DNA of 64,000 nt from Lama glama (GCA_028534125.1 CM052838.1:14074001-14138000); one strand, 5' to 3'; counted from the first letter of the stretch, positions 13,529 through 27,373 are shown. Notes: generated by a model from the sequence alone, not told the origin. Numbers and translations are program-made.

Positions 13529-15434
13529 TCTAAATTATAAACTTGGAGGATGCTAACGCTGGAGAAGACCTCAAGGACCATCTGGGCTCACCTTCCATTT
13601 TGACAAATCGGTAGTGAGTCAGTAACTGGGCCAAGACTGCGACCCAGTCTAGCAGACTTTCTAATTTACCAGGCTGGTGACTGGGGACAATTTCAAGTGT
13701 TATTTTCCCCAAGGCAACTTCATTTTAATGAGGATCCAAACTTAAAGCGGTAAGGAGGATGCTGTTGATAATTACCATGATCCTAAGGGTCGTGCCTTCT
13801 TGCTGGCGTTCCTGCAATGCATCGGACACTCCCTTTGCCATCTATTCCTGTGATGAGCCTGTGACGTGGGTGGGGCTTGCTTCTCCTGCCTTCTAGATGA
13901 GGTCACTGAGGCTCAGAGGGTCCAGGTGGCTGGCCAAGGACACTGGGGGAAGGCCTGCCCATCTCCTGACCCTTGCTTTTACCGACGTACCATGCCATGC
14001 TTTCTAGGCAATGGAGTCGAAGGTTCTATGAAGGATTTTAAGGAATCAAAGGGAGGGTAATGTAAGCCTAAGGGCATCGGTGGCCTGAGAAATCATGTGC
14101 CACCTTCTCTGCCACTTACCGTGCTCCTCACTGTTGACTGTGTTCCTCCAGGACACAGGGATACACAGGTTATTGTTGGCAGAAATCGTTTTTGCAGACG
14201 TAGTGCCTGCCCATCAGGAGCTAGTTCCTGCTGCTGTAGCCCGAGGATGTCTCTGTCACCGTGGTCCTCTTGCCTAGGTGATGGGCAGCCTCACTCACTG
14301 GGACTGCCATGGCCACACACACGTGCGTACACACACAAACACACACACACACACGGCATCCCTCTACCAGAGGTTCTTGCTGCCCCTTTGGTTGCGTTAT
14401 CCCACGGATCAGCTCCAGCCCGTTCACTCTGTTCTGAAGCCAGAAGCCACACTGATTTTGTACCCTGTGGACACTTCAGGAAAGCAGCCATTGCACTAAT
14501 CGTGGGGGAGTCCAGCTGCCGCCTCCCCCGCCCACTGAGCCTGCCCGGGGTGGGTCTGCTTTGGCTGGTCCAGGGGCTGATCCAGGTGAAGGGTCATTAT
14601 CCTTCACTCCTTGCGTGTGGCTGGTTTCCCTCCAACACTTCTGAGGGGCCCGTGGATTGTCTGCCGAACATTTGCGTGTCTTTTTCGGGGCCTCTTTCTG
14701 CTCTTCTGAGAGACCAAGGAGAGGCCAGCTGCTTCTCTTTGGCTGAATATCTCCTTTTCCTGAGCCCTCTGTGGTCTCCAGGTGCTTGGACTCTGAGTTC
14801 ATATCTCTGCTGCTTCCCTGGGGCTGCAATTCTCACACTCACGCACATTCACACACACACACCAAGAGCATGTTGCTGACTTGGTTAAGGTGGAGGAGTG
14901 ACTGGCAGGAGGGGAGTGGGTGGAAGGAAAGATGTTTCAGTGACAGCTGACAGATCGATCTTCTGAGTCTAGCTGAGGATTTCCCGAAGGAGAATAAGGG
15001 GCTTCTTCTGCGTCCTCGCTGCGAGCCAGACACAGCGCATTGTGTCCTGCAATTCCATACTCAGACTAGTCCTCAAGGAAGTGATTATTAGCCCTAAGTC
15101 TGCGGGTTCACCAAAGACCTAGGATGGGGCAGTAGGTCTTTTGTGGTCCAGACCCCTGCTCTTTTCACTACACTGTGCTCAAGGAAGGAGGCTGAATCAC
15201 TAAAATTACCCTCTTAGACCTCTGCGTTCATAGACGAAATGCTTGTTGAGTTGCAGAAAACATGGGTGATGCAGGAGATGGAAAGAAACCAGCAGAAGTC
15301 ATCCAGGATAGCATCACCGAAAGATAGTATTTGGTGCTTGGTTTTGATTCTTCATAAAGTTCTTACATAATAATTTTAAAAGACTATCAAAATGGAAACA
15401 CTCTATTGTAACAGTTTCTTTTTCACTAAACAGG

Positions 15435-15680
15435 ATAATATCAGTTAGCATTTATTTAGTACTCACTGCATACCAGGCAAGACCCTAAACAAGGCACATT
15501 TTTTGAGAGATTTAATCCTCATCAAAAGTTGGTGAGGTATGGACCATTTTACATCCAGTGGAACTGAGGTCCAGAGATGTTAAGCAACTTGCTGGTGCTC
15601 ACACAGCCAGCAAGCCGTGGATTTGGGATTCAATTCCATATGGTTGGAGTCCGGAACCCAAGCTGGCTCCTTTTCACCAT
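15435..15680 (-). mobile_element. MIR SINE
   Basis: gcatttatttagtactcactg..taccaggca...tttaatcctca...cattttaca...ggaactgagg...gttaagcaacttgc. Confidence 0.75.
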
Positions 15681-18600
15681 GGTCAGTTGTTTCCCAAAGC
15701 AAGAGATGCTCTTTTAAAATGCCATAGTAATGGTAACATAATATTCCATCATTTAATACTATCATTTACCTAGCCGATTCTCAATTGTTGAGCATTTAGA
15801 TTTGTCTCTAATTCTTGCTAGTTTAAACAGTGTTGCCCTGAGAATCTTTGTACAAACATCTTTTCAGAAACTGAATAATTCCTTAGAATGAATCCCTAAG
15901 GGTGGGATTGCTACATATGCACATTTTAAAAGCATCTGATTCTCCCCAGCAAACTGCCATCCCGGGAATATCATGCCAGCCCACACTCCTACCGACAGAC
16001 TGTAAAATTGCCCTTTTCTCTACAGATAGTCTGGGTTTTTACTGTTCCATCTTGTGATTTGGTGCAGGGCGTAATACGGGTGACACTGTAGCCAGGGTTC
16101 AGACTATGTGTGGCAATGTGTCGCATTTTGTGAATGTGACCACAGGCGCTAAGATTTGGGATGCTGAGCTCTGCTTTGTTGGGGTGAAGGGTGGATGCAG
16201 GCAGAGACAATGAACGTGTCACTGGATAGTTAATGCACGTGAGGTTGCATCACATTTCCAAAGGGTCCCTGATAGGCGAACATCCCCATCCACAGACAGG
16301 GAAGGCCGCTGGGTCCTCCCTCTCCCAGCGTTTCAGCTGTTCAGTGAACCACCTCTGTTTGTAAAGCTGGAAAGAAACGGTCGTGACCACTCCCACGCAT
16401 TCTGTCACCCCCAGCATCCTCCTGGGAAGTGCTCAGAGGACAAGGGCACCGTAGGAGTTTCCCCAGCCCTCCCTTCACGAGTCCAAGCAGGGCAGAGTGG
16501 GCTTCTTTATAGCCAGATGGACCTCAAGTTGACCTGCCTCTACCCCCCACTATCTAGGTTTATTTATTTGGGACAAGTCATTTCATTTTTCTGAGTCTCG
16601 GTTTCTTCGTCTGTAAAACAGAATTAATGTTCTGCCCCTCAGATTTATACCATGCATAGAAAGGAATCAGGTTTCTGACAGCCCAGCACCCAGCAGGTAT
16701 TTCTCACCTGTCCTGTACCTGGTCCCGCACACACCTGATTTCCTTTAGCACTTCTTTACCCATAACATTTGTGTTTAATGTTTGCACCACCAGTGTTCTT
16801 GTTTCGCAGAACAGTGTAGCTGCTTGTTCTGTTCCAGGAGCAGTTAGGATGGAAGAGAAGAGCATTAGGAAGTTCTTGCCTCCAAGGCTGTTATCTCGGA
16901 AAGTTTGTGCTCCCAGTGAGTTCTGGGAAGAGCCGAGTCAATGGTGCAGTGAAAGGCAATGCAGTCTCATTTTATGACCCGTGTGGAGCAACCGAGATGA
17001 GTCATCCAATATCCCAGCTCACTTGTGGCTTTGCTTATGGTGCTCAACCTTCCTCCACCAAAATAGGCCAATTGTGTTCCCCCAGATGTTAGGGAGGATG
17101 CTCTAAGCAGCGGGGTCAGACAGCCCCATGGTCTCAGTCCCTTTCCTTTTGTAGCAGCGCTCCAGCATGTGGGTGGACTGGGGAGGGAGTGGACTTCAGG
17201 GATGGGCTTGAATTCTGTGTCCTAAGATGCTTCCTGGGACACAAGCCAGGGATGGCCTGTCTACCTGCTGCCGTCCCAGCCTCCTGGGGGTGGAGGCCCA
17301 GATACCCCTGACTTTCTCCAATCTCCAAGCTGCTCTTCCCTCCTTTCCTCAAAGCCCTCACATCTGTTCTTTTAGGTGTGAGCCAAATGCCTTTTCTTTT
17401 TCTTTTAGAGAAAAGAGAGAGTGAATTGAAGCCAAATGTCTAGATGCAGGCCGGGGATGTAAGGGAGACTTGCCCAGGTGTTCGGGTAGCATCAGGGAGC
17501 CAGTGCCCTGGGAAACTGGAGAGCTCTGACAGATCTTTGTGTTCCGCTGATGAGCAAAGGCGCCTCTAAGTGCACACAGGGAGATGGAGACCAGCTTCGG
17601 TACCTACATGCTGTGTGATAGCACAGATTGTGTAACAAGACTAAAGAAAAAATTTAATCAATTTGCCCTAAGGACCATCACTAATCCCACTCCATTATGC
17701 AACATTCTTGTCCTTTTTTTGCCATATTATATTTCACATGTCCATAGAACAATAATAACAGTGTGTCCATCCCCTCATTTGCTATTGTTTTCATTTTCTA
17801 TATATGTGTATACCTATGTATATGTTCCTGCATAGTCTGTATAATTACTGTTTGTTGCCTAGGTTCACATCACATTTGTGAACTATATTAAATTATTTTC
17901 CTAAATTAAATGTTTTAACTGTTCCCATGCTTACTTTATACGCAACATTAGATCTAAAGTATCTGCCACATCTTTAAGATACACAGATACACTTGGTTTA
18001 CTTTTTAGGTTAAATCCGTAATTTTCTAGGGCAGAGGATATGAGCAGTGTTAGATGTTGGTGTTAGGTGTTGCTGCGTTACTTTCCGAAGGGTCGTGTCC
18101 TTCTGGGATGCCTGTCGCCACGAAGGATCATGATCATTTGTCACAGCCTCACTAACATTGGCTATGATCAATCAGAAAACAAAACAAAACTGTGGGAGCA
18201 GGGAATTACATTTCTTGACTCTATCAATTTTCAAAACTCCGCTTTCTTAGATGATGTGCAAATGCCTTCAGAGTTCCTGAAGGAATCTTGGGCTGGAGTC
18301 CCAGAACCCCAGAGCCAGCTCTAAAGGGCTCCCTGGGTTTTTATGTCCATCTAGGCTCTGCGTAGAGCCAAAGGCCTGGGGAAGGCTTGGCTGAATCTAC
18401 TAGCCTTGTCTCCAACAGCCACAGCCCAAGGCATTGATGCATGGTAAGTCATTGATTAGAAATTCAGAATACATTGAATACTATAAATAGGCCAGCCAGA
18501 TAGAGGTAATTTAACTCATTAAAGAGACGAAAGACAGTATTTGTTCTTTGTTTTATTGCAGAACACCAGTCTATGATAACACTTTCATCATTTAGACTTT

Positions 18601-21310
18601 GTGAAATAAATGTCAACAATCTATTTGTAAACAACTCATTGCTTATTGCTCCTGCTCTCACATAACATCCTCCTTAACTTCCCAGAGCCACCTGGGAAGT
18701 GGGGAAAGGACAGGACTGGAGACAGAAAAAAGGATGAGTTGGTATGAACAAGAAGTGGCAAAAAGCTACCCTGAAGATCTGTTGTCCCTTGGCCAAGGGA
18801 CTCCTACAGGAAGGGGTCTGGGTTCACCCTTCTCTCCCTGTGAGGGACAGCCCATGGCACACGATTGAGAAGAGACTAGATTCCTGCCAGTGCTCTGTCT
18901 TCTCAAGAGACTAGGGGGAAAATCTTCAACAGAAAGAAGTAGTTCATATAAATAGGAAATGACCAGTGTCTCAAAGGGTTGGGGGTCTCTGGCATGGAGT
19001 TTAGGGAATGGAGAGTGGAGGGAGGGGGTAGAAATGCCTTCTCAATGGAAGTAATGACTAGATGAGAGACTGAGCCACAGAGGACAGAGCTGAACCTTGA
19101 GCAGGATGGGGTAAACACTCAGACTCGAGATAGGACGAGGGAGATCCTGTGATAGGAGAGGAGAGAAAGAGGAAATTCTTGGCTCTCCTGAAGGCAGATG
19201 TTTGCTACATTTGGTGTCCCCCACATGTGGAGAGGCCAGACCTTGTGGATCAGCAGCACAAAATAAGAAGGTCGAAACATAATTATTAGGGGCTGCGTGG
19301 AAAACTGCTTCTGATCCTACAAGGGAGAGGCTTATAACTCTGGGGAGGTTGTGGGGAGTTCATTCTGCATTGGGCAAGAGGAGGGTCTCTGTCAAGAGGA
19401 TATGGCCATGATGCATACGATGCTCAAGCTTCTTATAGCTGGCGTCTGAAGTGTTCCTGAGGGCAGGGTCCTACCTAAGAAGCCTTCTGTCTCATACAAG
19501 GGCTGTGGCACACCAGGAAGACTGGGGAGATGTCTGCAAGATCCAGAAAGTTTTCCTGGAGACTGATAGACTTGAGAAGCCCAGGGAAGGTTTTGATGCT
19601 GCATTTCACTCAGGGTGAGGCTAGAAGAGGAGGACCCAGGAAGCTCTGGGATGCTGCGAAAGTGAGGGAGAGATGTTGGAGATGGAGAGCATTTCCTAAA
19701 GATAAAGCCCTGTTGCAACTGCAGCTTCTGATTTGGCCCACATACAAGATGTGGGGTCCTCTCTGTCCTGGCATCGTCAAGTAGATTAGGGACCCGGCCA
19801 CATGCTTCTTGACGCAGGCATAAGAAATATGATAGTCAACTTAGTCCCTTTTTACAAATAAGGAGGTTAAGTGTCTGGGGTCTTTCAGCAACTCAAGAAG
19901 GAGACGTTCTACTTCCTCCTCTTTTCTCGGCTGCCTTCCTGGTTAGCAGGGATTTGCAGCTGAGAGATTGCCAGCATCCCTTCCATATGTGTTCTGCCTT
20001 CTCAGCTTAGGGAGCAGGGCTATAAATGCAGCTTCCTTCACGCATCTGTGCTCACCTATCACGTAGCCCAAACTGGAGCCACAGATGCTTGTGGCTTGAC
20101 GGGCTCCAAGTGCCCCGTTAGAATGGCCACGCCAAGCTTCTGTCAGAGTCGCTTTCCAGTCGAGTTGGGTCAGCTTATTTCTTTCTCCTTCTTGGAACAT
20201 CACTCGAAACATAGAAACAAACTTGGTCTTAATTCTTCCTTCAACATGACGTGCCCTTTTGAAATCGTGCAAATAACGATGTCTGATTGTCACGTCGAAT
20301 TGCGAGACAGGGTATGAAACGCTCCAGAGTCGGACGGAAGCCAAATACTAGGTCATAAGTCAACATTTTGCGGAGAAACTCGGTTACTAAGAGTGGAAAA
20401 TTTCTGTCTTTCCATGAGAAAACCGTGTTTGCCAGCAGGAAAAAAATTTCAAGGACTGTTATCTTCCCACGTGGAGGGAGAGAGATGAGTGTGATTTTGT
20501 CACCTGGGTCAGCGCCCTTTAGGGACTCCCGAAATTGGCTGGACTGAGGAAAGATGCTCTGAGGTAGTATTTGGATTGTTCCCTGAGGTGAACGTCCGTG
20601 GGTGGCACAGCGTGTGTCATTTCTTACGAGGTCATCCTGCAAAATTGTGTGAATGGCTGGGAGCAGTATATTCTCGGCAGGGTGATGCCACACTCTGCCC
20701 ACAAATCCTTCCAGTGGAAAACTCCTGATGAGAAAATGAGCCATGTTGGCCCGTGGGCATGTAGGGTCCCCAAAGAAGTAAAATCTTGATGAGCTTCGCC
20801 TGAGCAGCTTTGGTACTCTCTGGAAAGTCTCAGTGGGCATGAAGACTCGACTGAATAAAGGCGGGAACGTGGAACAAGACCCCTGACAGTACCACGAAGC
20901 CTGTAGCTTACCAGCTTGGCCTGTGGTTACCTGTGATGTTTCAGCCCTGCCACCGCCCCAGACTGCGGTCTTCCAGCATCTCATGTGAACTGTGGTAGGA
21001 CTGAAGGAGAAAGCAAAGGGGAGACTGTAAACCAGGCTCTTGGCTGCATTAAGAACAGTATGCTCTATTTTAAGCTGGCCAAGTGACAGTGTCTAGTGTG
21101 CATCTTCTTCCAAAAAGCAAAGTAGCTCGCGTTCCCTCTGAGTGTCTAAACTCCAGGCCAAGTCAGGATTAAGTCTCAGGATAGAACTGAATGTCTGCTG
21201 TGGGTGGGTGTGATGGAGCGGGACTGCAGCTGCAGCCACAGGCAAATTCCTGATGGAATACTCTGCAACCGTTGCGCTGATACAGAAACCCTGACACCAG
21301 AAACCTGCCC

Positions 21311-21376
21311 ATGTGTGCATGTGTGTGCACGCACATGCGTATATATAAATGTGTGTGTGCGTGTGTGTGTGCGTGT
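21311..21376. repeat. Alternating purine-pyrimidine (TG/CA/TA) tract
   Basis: atgtgtgcatgtgtgtgcacgcacatgcgtatatata...tgtgtgtgtgcgtgtgtgtgtgcgtgt. Confidence 0.85.
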
Positions 21377-21961
21377 TTGTTGGTACATGCACACACTCCT
21401 CTGTGGGCGGTGAAAGGCAAGTGGCAGAAATCCAGCTTGGCACTGTTAACAATCAGGACCCTGTCCTTAGTGGGTTCTTCCCCAGACATTGCATGGACTT
21501 AGATATTAAGTCTCAGCCACTTGGGGGCATTGAACCTAGGGCCATCTCCCACATTCATCTTAAGCAGGGCTCAGTCAAGTTCTAAGTAGAAATATTCAAT
21601 AGATACTATTTAATCTCTGATCAGGAAATCTGAATTCCCTCGGGTCAGACTTTCTGCAGTCTCCAAGGTGAGTTCGCTAATCTGAGAAACAGGTCCGTGC
21701 CGCGGGGACCAGGAGGCTAGTCTTAGAGCTCACGTATGGCTCCTCTTGCCCCCCTCTCTCTGTGAGATGTGCTACACTGGGGCCTCCTAGAGGCAGCATT
21801 GCATCCTTTTATGTCTAATCACAGTGAGTGGCATCAACCGGTGGTGGAATCTGTAGACTAGAAAATAAAAGAGTTGTTGTGCTGGTTGGCCGGACAGGAG
21901 GACCACTTAGGAGGAGGTCCCTCAAATCTCGCCATTGGAATGTCTTGCTGCTCAAAACTGA

Positions 21962-22177
<216 letters not shown>

Positions 22178-22329
22178 TAGGCACGGTCACCGAGGCAACT
22201 CCCACAGTCGCCTGTGCCGGGGCCGGAGGATAACTTTCTCTTTGGGAAATGAGAGCTTGTTTATCCATCACGTTTTCCTCAGCACCGACTATGCACCAAT
22301 CCGTGCTCCTCCCTCACCCCACCCCTAGC

Positions 22330-22575
22330 TAGGCCTGTACCAGGTCCTGAGATGAAAAAGAGGAAGTATATAGTCCCTCCCCATGAAGGTGCCTAATCTC
22401 AGTGGGAGCTGTGATGTGAGTAGGTGATGCCAGCATAGGGCAGCAGGTGAGACAGAGAGGATATTCTGGGGCTGGAGGAGGACAAAAGAGGGCATCTGAC
22501 CAGACTCGGAAGACCAGGGAGGACTTCCCAGAGGAGGTGACCCTGGAGGCCTGAAGGATGAGTAGGAGTTATCCG
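22330..22575 (-). mobile_element. L2 LINE fragment
   Basis: cagggaggacttcccagaggaggtgac...gcctgaaggatgagtaggagtt is a hallmark of the reverse L2 3' region. Confidence 0.7.
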
Positions 22576-25364
22576 GAGAGTCAGTAATTTAAAATTGAAT
22601 GCAGGATTAATTGGATCTGGCAAGGGCCCAGTAGTAACTTGGTATAAAAATGCAAAGTGGGAAAAGTCAGTGTGGAGACTTGGGAAAAGTGGGGTGAGAG
22701 AAGCAGATTGACCCCACAGGCACCTGCACATGGGCTGAGGGGGCAGACGCTACCCACCGGGGCAGGGAAGAGACCTGGCCCTCGTCGCCTGCCTCCTCCC
22801 CATCCTTCCCAGGTCAGCTTCCTGGGTTAACACTAGCAATGGGCATGCCTGGCCTAAGCAAAGGCATGAGGATGCTGTCCACCAGAAATAAACATGGGGT
22901 GTCTAGTTTGCTTTGGCCTAGTCAGCCCCCTTGTGATTTTCTGGTAAGAGTGCATCCCTTCATCCTGATCTTCTCTGGACTCTTGGGCTTGACTGAGTTT
23001 CCAAGTGCTCAGAGTGAACATCTGGCCGGCCTCCTTGAGGAAGACAGTTTCTCATTATCCTCCCACCATCTTCCACTGTGGGGACTTACCTTAGTCCTTG
23101 ACCAGGTGACTTGGCCTCTCAGGAAGGGCTGGGGGAAAGAGCATGGGTGAGCTCGGTGGCCTTTTCCTAGGAGCCAGCCTGCTAACAGGGGATCATGTCC
23201 CGAAGGACGTCTAAGCCTTGGTCCCACCATTTACACACATCTGTGAGGTGACATCCTGACAGGTGAAGGAGCAGAACTACAGAGCTCTGCCTCGATCCAC
23301 CAAAATCCCAAACGTGGCGGGAGTGTCCACATGCCGAGAGGCCAAGGTGCCGAGGCTTAGGGTCAGCCCTCAGTTGTCTGATTAACACATGCTTTCCAGC
23401 ACTGAGGGGCATCCACTTGGAGGGGCAAGAGTTCTTAAAGACTATTAACATCCCCAAGTGCACAGAGAGTAACTTGTGCTGAGGGTGGCTCCGCCAGCTA
23501 CTCGCAGAGCTGGGAGAATGCAGGTGCCCCGAGCCCTAGTGCTGGGTCCATGTTGCGGTCAGACCTTGAGCCCTCCCACCTCCCTCCTCTTACCTTCTAG
23601 GTGTTGACTGGGCTATCCTGATTATGAGCACCTGAGCCTAAACCCCGTCAGGGAAAGGCTGAGGAGGAGGTCCTGTAACTCACTCATTCAGTGGCTTGCT
23701 TGCAAAACTGGGGAAAGGGGTAGAACTAATTAAGTTAAATGAGGCTTTTGGGTTTTCTCTAGAATTTAATCAAGTGTACACTCCGAGCCTCCCCTTGCCT
23801 CCTGGGGAAGAGAGAGATGACACAAGAGAAGGAGGAGGAGTGATTTATCCATTGCTCAGATTGAACATGAAGAGAAAAATGGCTTCTCTCCAGGATGGAT
23901 AATACATTGGTGTTTGCAAGGTTTCCCCACTTGGTTTTCTGGGATGGGATGCTCAGGGCCTTCCACAGGCCATCAACCTGTGAGCACCTCCCTGGAACAG
24001 ATGGTAAGAGAGCTTGGGAGGCCAACACAGCAGCCGCACCACCACCAAGACAGCTCATGTGCCAAAAGACAGTGCTCACAGAAGCACAGGGTCCCCAGTG
24101 TGGGAAGGTTCGGGTCCCTGTGCACTTAAACTGCTCTGAGATCTCCTGAAACTCTGCTGAAGTGAACATTGACACACTGGAGAGAAGAGAGAGCTTAGTT
24201 CTTGGCTGGATTCTTCAGGGGATGGGAACAAAGTGGCTAGTCCAGTTTCAGTGTGATTCTGGCAGGAAGTGGTTTTGTTACTCTTTGCTTTCATCAGAAG
24301 GCCACGTGCTGTATGATTGTAAGTCAATATCCCCAGCGGGCTCCTGAAGTATTGTCATCAGCCTGTCTGTTATAACCCTTCCTGGGCTGGAAGCATCTCC
24401 CACAGCCCCCACCTGAGCAGATGGGTGTCTACTCAGGGGGAACACTCAGACCTCAGGTTTCCAACTTACTGCTGCCAATGTTTCTTTAAGAAGCTCCGTT
24501 ATATGGTGCATAGAGAACTGTGAGCTGGCCCTGGCTGGGTCACACCTGAGAGAAGGATGGTGACAGGTCCAGGAAGCAATGCTCTATGGCATTTACAGGC
24601 AAAGGGTCCTGTGTAAATAACAGATCCCAGTCTTATCTGGAGCCGCTGTAACCCTCCTACCCATAGTCCCGAGAACTAAGCTATCTCCTTGGAAACGGAT
24701 CAGCTCCCTTGCTTTGGCAGAGGATGGGGTCCGTAGGCTACAAGTGATGTATGTGTGTGGCGGGGCTGCAGTCCTGTCGCCCTTTTGTGGACCGAAGCAT
24801 GCAGAGAAGGCACTCAGCAAATGTTTAGCAACTTAATAGCCATTTATGGAGCGCCTACTGTGTTGCAGGCTCCATGACTATTGACCGAAGGGAAGCACCT
24901 GCAATTATGTCTGTCTGCAAAATAGAGCCACTGGCTCCAGGAAGTGGCTATTATCACTCTGGCTTACTCAGAGGCAGGAGGAGAGATGATCATGGTGTGC
25001 ATTCGTTTGGCCTCATTCCTAGGGTCAAGTTTGTCCCCGTGACTTGTTTTATCTTTCCTCTGTTGCTTACATATTTATATTTTTTTTTTGGATTTGCTTG
25101 TTTGGTTTTACTGTAGTCTATGTTTTCCTATAAATTGCCTGACATTCTTCCTCGAATAATGTTGGGCATAAAAAAGCACAGACAAGTGGAAGGAGCAGGA
25201 CGGATGGAGGCGTCAGCAAAATTAAGCCGCTTGCCCGACGTTGCAGTTAATGAGCGCAGGAGTGGGAATCCGGCCCTACAGCCACGCTCTGGCCGGAGTC
25301 TCACCGTCCCCAAGGCCAGAAACTGACTCTCAGAGAGCTGGCTGGCTGCACTTAGCAGCCTGGT

Positions 25365-25575
25365 GTTCCGGAAAGAGCATGGCCTTCCGGGTCAGCGTGA
25401 CCCAGCTCTGAAGAGCCACTTGGCCTCTTTCTAATTTGCAACCGGGAGCAAGTCATCTCAATTCTGAGCCTCTGGTCTTCCGTCTGTAAATCTGACGTCA
25501 TCATAACTACTCTGCAGGCTGGTGTAAGGATTAAAACAATGTAAAATCATGAGTCCCTACTATGTTCTCAATGAA
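25365..25575 (+). mobile_element. MIR SINE
   Basis: ggaaagagcatggcctt...gagcaagtca.ctcaa.tctgagcct...gtctgtaaa...gtaaggattaaa. Confidence 0.7.
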
Positions 25576-25597
25576 AGGCAGCTTGTGTCAGTATTGG

Positions 25598-25803
25598 ACC
25601 TGGTTCTCGTCTCAGAAGGGCTCTTCCTCATTAAATATCATCCCTGCCAACCACCAGATGACTGTGGCAAGAGATTTCGCCTCTCTGTACCTCCATCTCC
25701 TTCTCTATAAAAATGGGAACATGGAAGTAGCCTTCTCAGAGAGTTGACGTGAGAATTAAACACTGCTGGTTGAGCAGTTAGGAGGTCCAGATGCCCTGGA
25801 CCC
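25598..25803 (+). repeat. Local direct duplication, copy 1 (contains MIR core)
   Basis: Aligns by eye to 27374-27592; 12 substitutions and one 3-nt indel over the ~187-bp core. Confidence 0.95.
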
Positions 25804-27373
25804 ATGGTGCCATATTGACCAGACCGTGTGCCATATTGACTAGTTTAATGAAGCTCTTGTTGGACCTTGAGTTGAGTGGTCCCACGTGTTCCCTCTTTTC
25901 CCTTTGTCACCATAATTCTGTGAGGTAGGTACTTCTGTTATGACCTCAGATTTTCTGGGTACAAGAGCTTGAGCTGAGAGGTTTCCTCACATGGCCAGTG
26001 TGATGGCCAAGCCTGGCTTTGGACTGATGTCCACCAGAGCAGAAACTGTGCCAATAAACACAAAACCCTGCTGCCTCTCCATGGCGAGCCAGCAGCCAAC
26101 CACGAGTCCTCTCACATGCAGCCCTGGGGTTCCTGTAACTGCCAGGAGGCCCTGTCAACTCAGACCTTCCTGGAGCGACTTACCGCTCCGTGCGAGCCAG
26201 TGGCCGTGCAGACGTGCAGCTTCCCTGACACGTCCAGGGCCACTTGGAGGTTATGGGACACTGCAGCTGCTCAGTTAATCACAGCATGTGTCACAGAAGA
26301 GATCTATGGCATACCAAGTGCGACCCCAAGCCACGTAGATGCCTGTGTAAATCATGCCTTTATCTCAGTGGCCAAGCTGCATCCTAAATCTTTTGTGCCC
26401 TGACCACTTAGCTGGCATTATCTCATGGCAGTCATTCTAGTTCAGGTTAGTTTTCATGATTGAGTTAAGACATTCGCACAACACATATCGATGCAACAAA
26501 CATCCACTGATGGCTCAAGTTGTGCTGGCCACTGTGCTCGCGCAGCGGAAACCACGGAGAATGCCGCTCAGCCCCGGTTCCGAAGGATCAGCTCACCTAC
26601 TGGGGGTCGTGGGTCTGTCTTGCAACGATGAGGAAGCCAGGCTTAGCAGGGGCAAGTCACTTGTCTGAGGACACCCGGGCAGGAGTGGTGCCTCCAAAGC
26701 CTGCTCTTTGCATTGAGCCAGGCTGTTCCCATCCGGCAAGAGGCCATGCTACGCCGGCCTGTGATGCTGACGGGGCAGGGCACCCCCTGTGGGCTGTCAC
26801 CCTCCCTCTCCACCAGTCGCAGCCCGTGCATTGTCACTGAGCTCAGCCTTAGCCTGTGGTCACAGCTGATCTGCAATGCAGGTCTAGGGCAGAGGCTGCT
26901 GAAGTGGCCAGTTGGCCATGAGCTTCTCCTGACCATAGAGTCTCTTGAACTGTGCACACTCAGAGGGCTCAGAGAGGCCACTGTGGGTGTTGTCAGCACC
27001 ATGCATCACCATGGACCAGACTGAAAGAGCCTCCCCCTCCACAAATAGAAAAGCTTGGGTGTGAGGAACCTGGGGGCTGCCAGCTACCACGGGCTCACTG
27101 TCCAGACCCTTGGATACAGAAAGAGTCCATAAAATGCAACAAAGGAAAACCCCATCCAGACACCTACATGGGGGATATGGGTTTCCACCTTTGCAAGGAG
27201 GATGAAATCCAGTCCCCTCTCACACTGTCTCAGAGCCCAGATTCTTGCCTCTGCCTGGTCCACTGTTTTCATCTCACATTTGCCTTCCTCCCCACCCACC
27301 ACCCTCCAGCCTCACTCGCCACGTTTTAGCCTTTTCTGCACGCCAAGCACTTACCCCTAGACAAGACTTTCAA

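Noticed and set aside
14097-14879. 260-codon + strand ORF
   Set aside because: GTG start, GC-rich, runs through CA microsatellites (HTHT), no recognisable domain.
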